Below, piece by piece: positions 58,101 to 64,000 of a DNA stretch of 64,000 nt; within the stretch, counting starts at the first letter, position 1; every line of letters starts with the position of its first letter. This DNA comes from Patescibacteria group bacterium (GTDB taxonomy: Bacteria; Patescibacteriota; Gracilibacteria; UBA1369; PNNO01): positions 9,266 to 73,265 of the forward strand of contig JBHPDK010000003.1 in the NCBI GenBank assembly GCA_042577965.1, written 5' to 3'. Made by a program: the position numbers and the translations under genes. The notes under the pieces are model-generated. The model worked only from the letters and a program-made list of their open reading frames with translations. It was not told the DNA's origin and did no database searches.

Positions 58101-58893
58101 CAACTCCTGTAGTTGGATTTACTGAAGTTGAGCCATTTGAAGGTCCGCCTGTTACAACTACTGTTGTTAAATCTAAAGTTCCGTCTGAATCTGTATCATT
58201 TGCAGGCACATCAATAAGAACTGAGGTGTCTTCGTCTGTTGATGCACTATCATCGTTTGCTACCGGAGGATCATTTATATCTATATAAACTGTAACAGTT
58301 GCCTGATTTGATACAGCCCCAAGGTTATCTCTAACACTGTATTGGAATGTATCAATACCACTAAAGTCTGTATCAGGAGTATAAGTTACAACTCCGGTTA
58401 CAGGATCAACCGAAACTGTTCCGTCGCCAGGTAAATCTGTAATTTGCACTGTTGTTGTATCAATTGTGCCGTCAGCATCTGTATCATTTGCCGTTACATC
58501 AATATCTACAGCTACATTAAGATCCGTAACTGCAGAATCATCATTTGCAACCGGAATCTCATTGGTCCCATACAAATTACAATCGTCATCATCAATATCT
58601 CCATCTTCATCCAAATCAAGTGCCGGGATAATATCCCCATGGTGCTGACTGTGATCATTTCCTCCCAATCCATCTATAGCAGTAGGACTTACTGATAAGT
58701 AAGTATAAGGATTAGATGATGAGCCAGTTACATGACAAATATCAATAGCTTCACCACTAGGTGCAGAAAAAGTTGTCATATATAATGCAGAAGCCACTAT
58801 GACTCCTAAAAAAACCACACTTGCTTTAATGTGCGGATGCCACTTTTTCAATTTAGAAAAGGGACTTTTAGGTGTTGCGTTACCTTTTTTCAT
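52186..58893 (-). CDS. Giant surface protein (2235 aa): signal-anchor, 17 tandem ~95-aa cadherin-like (tandem-95 type) repeats, Cys-rich CGNxxxExxEECDDGN repeat, SLH-like C-terminal region
   Basis: Repeat consensus VNDPPVANDDSATTDEDTPVxIDVPANDTDxDGTxDxTTVxIVxxPxxGxVSVNPTTGVVTYTPDxNYNGSDSFTYTIDDDDGATSNxATVTITI. Also CGNNKVEANEECDDGNRQDGDGCNKHC, and a C-terminal WTKDYVDFLSRIYL...ISGSG...TNRFETVKIAL segment. Confidence 0.85.
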   Translation of the reverse strand: MKKGNATPKSPFSKLKKWHPHIKASVVFLGVIVASALYMTTFSAPSGEAIDICHVTGSSSNPYTYLSVSPTAIDGLGGNDHSQHHGDIIPALDLDEDGDIDDDDCNLYGTNEIPVANDDSAVTDLNVAVDIDVTANDTDADGTIDTTTVQITDLPGDGTVSVDPVTGVVTYTPDTDFSGIDTFQYSVRDNLGAVSNQATVTVYIDINDPPVANDDSASTDEDTSVLIDVPANDTDSDGTLDLTTVVVTGGPSNGSTSVNPTTGVVTYTPNAGYNGLDSFTYTIDDNDADTSNEATVTITISDVNDPPTANDDSATTDEDTPVGINVPSNDSDSDGTLDLTTVAIVAHPSDGSVSVNPTTGEVTYTPDLNFNGSDSFTYTIDDDDGATSNIATVTVTVNDVNDPPVANDDFATVDEDDSVVIDVPANDDDIDGTLDLSSVTVTGGPTNGSTSVNPSTGGVTYTPDAEYCGSDEFTYTIDDNDSATSNEATVYVTVTCVNDDPVANDDSATTDEDTPVLINVPSNDTDSDGTLNLTSVIIVDLPSNGSVSVNPTTGVATYTPDLNYNGSDSFTYTIDDNDGGTSNVATVTITINDVNDPPVANNDTATTNEDTAVGIVVKANDTDVDGILDPTTVTIVDYPTDGGVSVNPTTGVVTYTPDADYNGSDSFTYTIDDNDGATSNVATVTITINDVNDPPVANDDTASTNEDVAVDIDVPANDTDIDGTVDLTTVTIVDHPTDGGVSVNPTTGVVTYTPDLNYNGSDSFTYTIDDDDGATSNTATVTINIGAVVDPPTANDDSATTNEDTPVDIDVPANDTDPDGTIDDATVAIVDLPSDGGVSVNPTTGVVTYTPDLNYNGSDSFTYTVNDNDGNISNVATVTITINDVNDPPVANNDSDSTDEDTPVIVDVPANDTDVDGTVDLTTVAIVDDPAHGSVSVNPTTGAVTYTPDLNYNGSDIFTYTIDDDDSATSNTATVTITINDVNDPPIANDDSETTDEDTPVGIDVPANDTDIDGTVDPTTVAIATPPSNGGVSVNPTTGEITYTPDLNYNGGDSFTYTIDDDDGATSNAATVTITINDVNDPPIANNDSGTTDEDDPVIINVPSNDTDIDGFVDLTTVAIVDDPTHGTVEVNPATGAVTYTPDADYNGSDLFTYTIDDDDGATSNTATVNITINDVNDPPIANDDTASTDEDVPVGIDVKVNDTDIDGTVDQTTVQIIDDPAHGLVSVNPGNGVVTYTPDENYNGSDSFTYTIQDDDGATSNTATVTINIGPVVDPPTANDDSETTNEDTPVDINVPANDTDPDGTIDPTTVSIETPPSDGLVSVNPTTGVVTYTPDADFFGSDSFTYKIRDDEGNISNEATVDITINDVNDPPIANDDSETTDEDVPVDVDVTANDTDVDGTVDPTTVVIVDDPAHGSLYVDPTTGVVTYTPDANYNGSDLFTYKVNDDDSATSNTATVTLTVDPINDPPVAVNDNATTDEDTPVPINVPGNDTDIDGTLNLTTVTIVIPPANGVPGINASTGVITYSPNADYHGGDSFTYTIEDDDAAVSNEATVFITINDVNDPPIANDDSETTDEDVPVDIDVTANDTDVDGTIDPTTVVILDDVDNGSTSVHPATGVVTYTPDSDYNGSDSFTYEVDDDDSATSNTATVSIRVNDVNDPPVANNDSATTPAGQDVTIDVPNNDEDPDGTIDPTTVTIVDEPPNGTVSVDPQTGEVTYTPDSGFVGNDSFTYTIEDNDGAVSGLATVSVEVQGGSRPPGGSSCGNNKVEANEECDDGNRQDGDGCNKHCKLEPPPGGPTPVHPGPPQETCLEFNPLREVLYTDNEEIWTKDYVDFLSRIYLTDKDQFIISGSGSFYGSSDATNDTTIRPLQLTNRFETVKIALTSACIPIYTNELRLEAGELLTARPDFPELPRRVTGAHPDYKRIDKETLNFITNVFYTAYDKGIIDGRLVLDKSLMVDSSNDGEWQAQWEDQITRAEILKVFVNAFDYDPRNRIMYTPEELVGFAEFHGEEDDENLTPEQILEAAIAKWGSYYYDADPNEWYAQYIPMVVKNKIVADVCIPEELALANGFDDYAPTEEMAIRTMAAGYSCTELDAEMCLPREVVEASDFDDSEMNVRELAAEYDCENLTDLVRFNFPPARFTFADNPAVRGEVFALDARMIWLVAASDFVNRHSNTIMRNDALIEQLRIDLQDNERGEFIFAIERLVSLLKEKDAAAAAAEVGSSYSTQ
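53640..58557 (-). repeat. 17 tandem ~285-bp coding repeats inside the giant gene
   Basis: Counted 17 ANDD/ANND repeat starts in the translation. The DNA shows recurrent near-identical blocks (e.g. aatgatgtaaatgatcctcc on the reverse complement). Confidence 0.85.
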
Positions 58894-59028
58894 TTTGTTT
58901 TTGGTTATTTTTTTATTTATTTTTATATCAAACTACGTATATTTTACCATAATTCATTATTTTCGTCAAATAGTAAAATATGTAAATTTATTGTAAAATC
59001 CAGCTGAAATTACTAATTTTTTACAATT

Positions 59029-60003
59029 ATGAACAAATGGGACTTGAAATCGCAGTTTTTGGAGGCTGTAAAGGCAAAAGGGGGCTTTGTTAACTGTCAT
59101 GCACACTTTGATAAAGCTTTTTACATTACTAAAGAAGAACTTGATAAAAGTATGCTGGATATGGAAGCAAAATGGCATATGAGTGATGATATTAAGCGAA
59201 ACTCAACCCAAGAAGAGGTTGAAGAGAGAATTCGAACTGGGCTTGATATTATGGCTAATCAAGGAGTAAAAGTGTGTGCTTCATTTATTGATGCTTATGA
59301 TGCTGTTGGTCATAAAAATATTGATGCAGCTAATAAGGTTAAAGAAGAATATAAAGGTAGAGTGGATTTTGTAACAATGACTCAGCCTTTAGGGGGAATG
59401 ATTGATAAAGAGGCTCGTGATTTATATGAAGCAATCACCGCAAAAGCAGATATTGCCGGAGGCCTACCTTCCCGGGATCGTCCAAATGATGATGAGAACT
59501 ACGATTTAATGTTTAGTATTGCTAAAAATCTTGACAAAAAGCTTCATGTTCATATTGATCAGGAGAATAATCCAAATGAAAGAGATACTGAAAAACTATT
59601 AGATTATGTTGAAAAACATGGATATCAAGGCAAAGTAACAGCTGTTCATGTAATTTCAGTTTCTGCTCAAGAGAAATCATATAGAACTGAAATCTATAAA
59701 AGAATGGCAGACAACGGTGTTTCTGTTGTGGTATGCCCAGGAAACGCCCTAGGCATGCGACAATTAGATCAATTTAAAGCACCAGTCCACAATTCAATAG
59801 CAAATGTACCTGAAATGCTGGAAGCTGGCTTAACAGTGGGATTAGGAGTAGATAATGTGTTTGATTTCTATCATCCTTTCCTTGATGGTGACTTATGGGT
59901 AGAAATGCGAATGTTAATGGAAGGATGCAGATATTATGATTTTGATGAATTAGTAGGAATCGCTTCAGTAAACGGCAGAGCAATACTTGGCAAAACCCAA
60001 TAA
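59029..60003 (+). CDS. Cytosine deaminase-family amidohydrolase
   Basis: Metal ligand pattern NCHAHFD, LHVHIDQ, TAVHVIS, and GVDNVFDFYHPF (compare CodA HDDVFDPWYPLG). Confidence 0.7.
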   Translation: MNKWDLKSQFLEAVKAKGGFVNCHAHFDKAFYITKEELDKSMLDMEAKWHMSDDIKRNSTQEEVEERIRTGLDIMANQGVKVCASFIDAYDAVGHKNIDAANKVKEEYKGRVDFVTMTQPLGGMIDKEARDLYEAITAKADIAGGLPSRDRPNDDENYDLMFSIAKNLDKKLHVHIDQENNPNERDTEKLLDYVEKHGYQGKVTAVHVISVSAQEKSYRTEIYKRMADNGVSVVVCPGNALGMRQLDQFKAPVHNSIANVPEMLEAGLTVGLGVDNVFDFYHPFLDGDLWVEMRMLMEGCRYYDFDELVGIASVNGRAILGKTQ

Positions 60004-60006
60004 AAT

Positions 60007-60393
60007 ATGAAAGAAATCGATCCGCATAAATATTCAGGTCCGATTGAAGATTTAGAAAAGCATCAAAGGATGAATCCTAAACAAAATAACAGCTTAAGAA
60101 GAACTATGATGATTTCAATCGGGGTAGCAGTTTTATTATTGATAGGGGGGATTGTTGCATATATGAGCTATTCAGGCGGGAATCCAATTGAAAGCATTGA
60201 AGATGATGCAACTGTGTTATTACCTTTTATCCCGGTTTGGTTTGCGATTTTTATTCCTTTAATAATAGGCAGCAAAAAGAAGAAAAATAAATTATCTCAA
60301 AACAGACGTATTTTAGTTATATTTTTGGTAATGGGTATGCTTGCGGTAATTGGCCTTACCGGGCTTATTTTTTTTATAGCTGCATCTCGTTAA
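60007..60393 (+). CDS. Hypothetical membrane protein
   Basis: 128 aa with 3 TM segments. Confidence 0.4.
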   Translation: MKEIDPHKYSGPIEDLEKHQRMNPKQNNSLRRTMMISIGVAVLLLIGGIVAYMSYSGGNPIESIEDDATVLLPFIPVWFAIFIPLIIGSKKKKNKLSQNRRILVIFLVMGMLAVIGLTGLIFFIAASR

Positions 60394-60448
60394 TTTTGAC
60401 TTTCCAACTTTTTAAACTATTATATGGCCGACCTCTAACCATAAAAAA

Positions 60449-61510
60449 ATGAAAAAAACATTTATTAACATGATGTTAATTTTTTCGATTTTGATTATTT
60501 CAAGTACAGCTACTGCAAATGCTCAAACTTTTTCTGACTTGTCACCTGATCATCCAAGTTACAACACAGTTATGAATTTAGTAGCAGCAGGTATTGTTGA
60601 TGGATATCCCGATGGCACTGTTAAACCAGATCAATACATTGTACGTGCTGAACTTATGAAAATTATTGTAGAAGGAATGAGTCTTTACCCTCATCCACTT
60701 GATTACAACAGGTGTTTTGAAGATGTTCAGATTTTGAGTGACTGGTATATAGGTTATGTTTGTTATGCAGAAACAGAAGGATGGATTGTTGGATATCCGG
60801 ATGGCACTTTTGGACCTGAAAACAATATAAATAATGTTGAAATTTTATCAATGATTTTTAATTCATACGGCTTACAAATGCCTGGGCAGTGGGATTATGA
60901 TGCCAGGCCATTTACTGATGTACCTGAGGATGAATGGTATTTTAAATATGTCTGGTTCGCAAAAGAAAACGGAATAATTGACAGTGATTCAGACACTTAT
61001 AATCCAGGAGAAATTGTTACAAGAGCACAGGCTTTTGAAATTCTCGAAAAAACACTAGCATATATTAATGGGCTTTCTGTGCCTACAACAAGCACAATTG
61101 ATAACATAGCTTTCACTCATCCAAAATCATACCAACTAGAAAGCACAGATGATTTAGGAATGGATTTCGTTGTATATATGAATGAGGATGAAGACGGAAT
61201 AGGATTTGTTCCTGAATCAGTTTTTGAGGAATTTATGACTGAATTTGATATGGATTGGGAAATGCTCTTTGAGGGAATGGAAGGGCAGATTGTGGATATT
61301 AAAGTTAAAGAAGGAAAGGTTGAAAAACTTACTGAATACTACGAGTATGTTGATGACGATCCTTATTATGGAGACACTGAAGGTATGTTTATATTTAAAA
61401 TCAGCCCAGAAAGCGGCAGTGGAGAAATCTATTATGTTGTTGCTCATTATATTTATGAAACAACCCGATCAGAAATCCTGGAAATGATTAAAACCATTGA
61501 AATAAAGTAG
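60449..61510 (+). CDS. Secreted protein with three SLH domains
   Basis: Signal peptide ...STATANAQ. SLH-like FSDLSPDHPSYNTVMNLVAAGIVDGYPDGTVKP...VRAEL; FEDVQILSDWYIGYVCYAETEGWIVGYPDGTFGP; FTDVPEDEWYFKYVWFAKENGII...VTRAQA. Confidence 0.75.
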   Translation: MKKTFINMMLIFSILIISSTATANAQTFSDLSPDHPSYNTVMNLVAAGIVDGYPDGTVKPDQYIVRAELMKIIVEGMSLYPHPLDYNRCFEDVQILSDWYIGYVCYAETEGWIVGYPDGTFGPENNINNVEILSMIFNSYGLQMPGQWDYDARPFTDVPEDEWYFKYVWFAKENGIIDSDSDTYNPGEIVTRAQAFEILEKTLAYINGLSVPTTSTIDNIAFTHPKSYQLESTDDLGMDFVVYMNEDEDGIGFVPESVFEEFMTEFDMDWEMLFEGMEGQIVDIKVKEGKVEKLTEYYEYVDDDPYYGDTEGMFIFKISPESGSGEIYYVVAHYIYETTRSEILEMIKTIEIK

Positions 61511-61512
61511 TT

Positions 61513-61905
61513 TTACCAAATTTCGCGTTGAACAGGCAATTTGAATGTCCAGTATTTATTTACTGTAAAATTCCAAATCAGAACAATAAACGTTGTGAAT
61601 ATCTTCGCGAGCATGTACCAGATTCCCACAACACTAATAAAAAAGTACATAAATGAAAGTGTCAACAGAAGTCCGACTAATGAAACCATGAAAAATTTTA
61701 AAAACTGTCTTGTATATTTTTGGGAATTATCCTGAAATGTCCAAAATTTATTTAAGGTAAAATTGTTAAATACAGCAATAATAAAAGATATTGTTGCAGC
61801 AATAAATACATTGATATGGGCATATTCAACCAATAAATATAATATAGTTAAATCAACTATAGTTCCGGATGCACCAACAATTGAATATTTGATAAATAAT
61901 TTCAT
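61513..61905 (-). CDS. GtrA family membrane protein
   Basis: KYSIVGASGTIVDL..., two NKFWTF/NKYWTF motifs, 4 TM segments. ATG 61905 is preferred. An alternative ATG at 61941 would overlap the divergent gene. Confidence 0.75.
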   Translation of the reverse strand: MKLFIKYSIVGASGTIVDLTILYLLVEYAHINVFIAATISFIIAVFNNFTLNKFWTFQDNSQKYTRQFLKFFMVSLVGLLLTLSFMYFFISVVGIWYMLAKIFTTFIVLIWNFTVNKYWTFKLPVQREIW

Positions 61906-61939
61906 ACTTCTATAATAAGTCAGATGATAAAATAATTCC

Positions 61940-63040
61940 ATGAAAGCAAAAGTGCAAGTAATAAAATTTTTAAAAACAGATTTAGGATTTGTAATTTGTG
62001 CATTTTTAATCTGGAGAATACTTTTGTTTGCTATTGGATGGGCTGCTAATTTAAGTTTTGATTATGTTTCACTTCCTCACCCTTTTAACGAAGGTAATTT
62101 TTTAAGTGTTTGGGCAAATTGGGATGGAGGACATTATATAAATATTGCTTATAATGGATATATTGGGCCAAACCTGACTGCTTTTTTCCCTATGTATCCA
62201 ATGCTTTTAAGATTTGTTTCATTGATTGTTCAATATTCTGTTATTTCTGGTTTAATTGTTTCTGGAGCTGCGATAGTGATGGCAGGATATTGGTTAATTA
62301 AATTAGTTAAGCTGGATTTTTCAGAAAAAATTGCCAGGAACAGCTTTATATTACTTTTACTTTTCCCTACTGCTGTATTTTTAGGAGCAGTTTATTCAGA
62401 ATCATTATTTTTAATGACAACAATTGGTGCAATTTATTTTGCCCGCAAAAAGAATTGGTGGGCTGTGTTATTTCTTGGATTTGCTGCTGGTCTAACGCGA
62501 AATCTAGGAGCCTTTCTGGTGTTCCCTCTTTTATACGAATACTTTATGCAATTTAGATTCAAAATAAGATGGCCAATTTTAGCAGTTGGTTCACCCGGAT
62601 TCGCAATAGTGTCATACATGGTTTATCTTTGGGCTCAATTTGGAGACCCTCTGTTATTTCTTCATCAGCAGGTAAATTGGGGCAGAAAAATTGTGGTAAA
62701 TGTCTTTTGGAGATTCCAGGAAGCCTTTAATAGTGCACTTAATTCTATAGAAAAAATTGAATTTATTTGTGTGGTTTTTGCAGTTATTTTGATTATTTTG
62801 ATGATTAAAAAACTAAGGCCAAGCTACATTATATGGAGCATTATTTTACTTTTAATTCCAGTTATGCAAAACACCTGGATAAGTATGAATCGTTTTGTGC
62901 TTGTTATATTTCCGGCTTTTATAATTCTTAGCTTTTTTGGAGACAGATATAAATACTTAAATCACATTTTATATATTCTTTTTGGAGCAGGCCTAATTTA
63001 CTATACTGCCTTATTTGTGAATTTGGGATGGGCAGGGTAG
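61940..63040 (+). CDS. GT-C fold membrane glycosyltransferase, PIG-V-like mannosyltransferase
   Basis: More than 9 TM segments, and WANWDGGHYINIAYNGY resembling the PIG-V family WD..WY..IA..GY motif. Confidence 0.55.
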   Translation: MKAKVQVIKFLKTDLGFVICAFLIWRILLFAIGWAANLSFDYVSLPHPFNEGNFLSVWANWDGGHYINIAYNGYIGPNLTAFFPMYPMLLRFVSLIVQYSVISGLIVSGAAIVMAGYWLIKLVKLDFSEKIARNSFILLLLFPTAVFLGAVYSESLFLMTTIGAIYFARKKNWWAVLFLGFAAGLTRNLGAFLVFPLLYEYFMQFRFKIRWPILAVGSPGFAIVSYMVYLWAQFGDPLLFLHQQVNWGRKIVVNVFWRFQEAFNSALNSIEKIEFICVVFAVILIILMIKKLRPSYIIWSIILLLIPVMQNTWISMNRFVLVIFPAFIILSFFGDRYKYLNHILYILFGAGLIYYTALFVNLGWAG

Positions 63041-63049
63041 ATTAATATT

Positions 63050-63754
63050 ATGAATAATAAATCATTACTAAAAATTGGATTAGGACTTGGGGTCGGATTA
63101 GTAGCAGGCAAACTAATGTATGACTATTCTCAGCTTAATAAAAAGCAGAAAGTAAGAGTGCTTTATAAAAACTGGGCATGGTTTTATGATTCTTTCTTAT
63201 CACCCTGGAATTATTTTTTAGCAAATGGAGCTGAAAAAGATCTGCATGATTATCTTAAAAAAAACATGAAAAAAAGTTTGGATATTTTGGATGTTGCATG
63301 CGGGACCGGAGTGAATTATGCACGAACAAAAAAACTCAAACTTAAAGTGAATTCATATACAGGTATTGATTTAAGCCCGGATATGCTTTCCAGAGCAAAA
63401 GAAAAAGCTACTGAAGATAAAAAAACAAAATTTATGATAGCTGACCTTTTCAAACTTGAACCAAAAAAGAAGTTTGATTTAATTTATGCTACCTGGACTT
63501 TTTCTCACTTTAAAAAACCAAGTGAAATAGTTAAAAAATACCTTAAATTCCTTAAAAAAGGTGGCAAAATGGTTGTTATTTTTCAGGCAAGACCATCAAG
63601 ATTCAAATTAATCTCAAATATTACTGATGCGATAATGGGATTTTTTGAAGCCAAACTTGTTCAAGAATCAGAAATCCGAAAAATTCAAAAAAACGCTGTT
63701 GTAAGCAAAAAATATGTATCAGGCTATATTCGGATGATGGTTTTAGAAAGATAA
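63050..63754 (+). CDS. Class I SAM-dependent methyltransferase with N-terminal TM
   Basis: Motif I ILDVACGTGVN; motif post-I GIDLSPDML. Confidence 0.75.
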   Translation: MNNKSLLKIGLGLGVGLVAGKLMYDYSQLNKKQKVRVLYKNWAWFYDSFLSPWNYFLANGAEKDLHDYLKKNMKKSLDILDVACGTGVNYARTKKLKLKVNSYTGIDLSPDMLSRAKEKATEDKKTKFMIADLFKLEPKKKFDLIYATWTFSHFKKPSEIVKKYLKFLKKGGKMVVIFQARPSRFKLISNITDAIMGFFEAKLVQESEIRKIQKNAVVSKKYVSGYIRMMVLER

Positions 63755-63794
63755 ATGGTGTGGCAGAGTAGATCACGTTAGAACTAAAGCATTA

Positions 63795-64000
63795 TTAATC
63801 CACCCACTTCACATGAAGTGTTCCCCGCCAATTTAAAATTGTAAACATCCATGTAGCTCCAGGTTTAGATGAAAAATGTGGTTCTTTAGCTGGCATGTCC
63901 AAAGCACAACCCATTCGAGACCCCTCAATTGCATGGTCCTTAAGGCGTAAATCTAATGGTGTTTTAAGATATGTATAAGCCCATGTATCAAATTTTTCGT
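63795..64000 (-). CDS. Partial CDS (C-terminal 68 codons), unknown function
   Basis: Own reverse translation, open to the window edge: ...KFDTWAYTYLKTPLDLRLKDHAIEGSRMGCALDMPAKEPHFSSKPGATWMFTILNWRGTLHVKWVD*. Confidence 0.35.
   Translation of the reverse strand, partial: EKFDTWAYTYLKTPLDLRLKDHAIEGSRMGCALDMPAKEPHFSSKPGATWMFTILNWRGTLHVKWVD

Noticed and set aside
52193-58695. Multiple 60-155-aa ORFs inside and antisense to the 2235-aa gene (e.g. 52193-52660, 54848-55135, 56699-56914, 58444-58695)
   Set aside because: These are by-products of the long repetitive Asp/Thr/Val-rich coding repeats. They sit in shadow frames, recur with the repeat period, and are low-complexity with no start-site signals.
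61906-61941. Longer GtrA start at ATG 61941, overlapping the divergent PIG-V-like gene start (61940) by 2 nt
   Set aside because: This start would leave no promoter space for either divergent gene. It also adds MELFYHLTYYRS ahead of the canonical MK..IKY..VG GtrA N-terminus. The ATG at 61905 is preferred, though the longer form cannot be excluded.

Overview
AT-rich, tightly packed bacterial chromosome segment that reads cleanly under the standard code. TGA acts as a stop: murG ends at TGA at its expected length. Most content is core housekeeping:
- Division and wall: lspA, ftsW-murG.
- DNA repair: lexA, mutS, mutL, recR.
- Translation and tRNA modification: alaS, miaB, queG, and three tRNAs with encoded CCA (Arg-CCT, Glu-CTC, Lys-TTT).
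- Metabolism: eno, nnrD, pgeF, ispDF-ispE, folE, a PduO-type cobalamin adenosyltransferase, metK-ahcY, a codA-like amidohydrolase, dnaJ.
- Envelope glycan genes: O-antigen-ligase/TPR protein, polyprenyl-phosphate sugar transferase, GT2, GtrA, PIG-V-like GT-C, methyltransferase.
- Surface module: a 1266-aa SLH-anchored S-layer-like protein, a 2235-aa protein with 17 tandem ~95-aa cadherin-like repeats, and a 353-aa SLH protein.

DUF4012, a C-Ala-less AlaRS, an AmmeMemoRadiSam triad, many small membrane ORFs and the near absence of Shine-Dalgarno sequences point to a Patescibacteria/CPR-like organism. That assignment is inference only. No transposase, integrase, CRISPR array or recognisable defence genes were seen.

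The unexplained signals are non-coding:
1. A ~300-nt G+C-rich structured element at 24258-24556, with its own promoter and terminator.
2. A ~250-nt element at 19170-19425 carrying three cUUCGg hairpins, upstream of miaB.
3. Two tandem promoter-to-terminator mini transcription units at 28846-29223 that share an AGGAGGTGCC motif.
4. Several dispersed intergenic repeat families: ATTACCCGGTAAT palindrome triplets at 18-bp spacing, (TTGACYW)x5 heptamer arrays, and a GC-rich AGCGAGG...GCCGAGCGRAGCGGAAA element.
5. A candidate lineage-specific LexA operator, GTGAG-N6-CTCAC, present twice on a consensus lexA promoter.

A block of three unrecognisable proteins (19476-25799) includes a 1149-aa protein with C-terminal proline-rich/amphipathic repeat modules.
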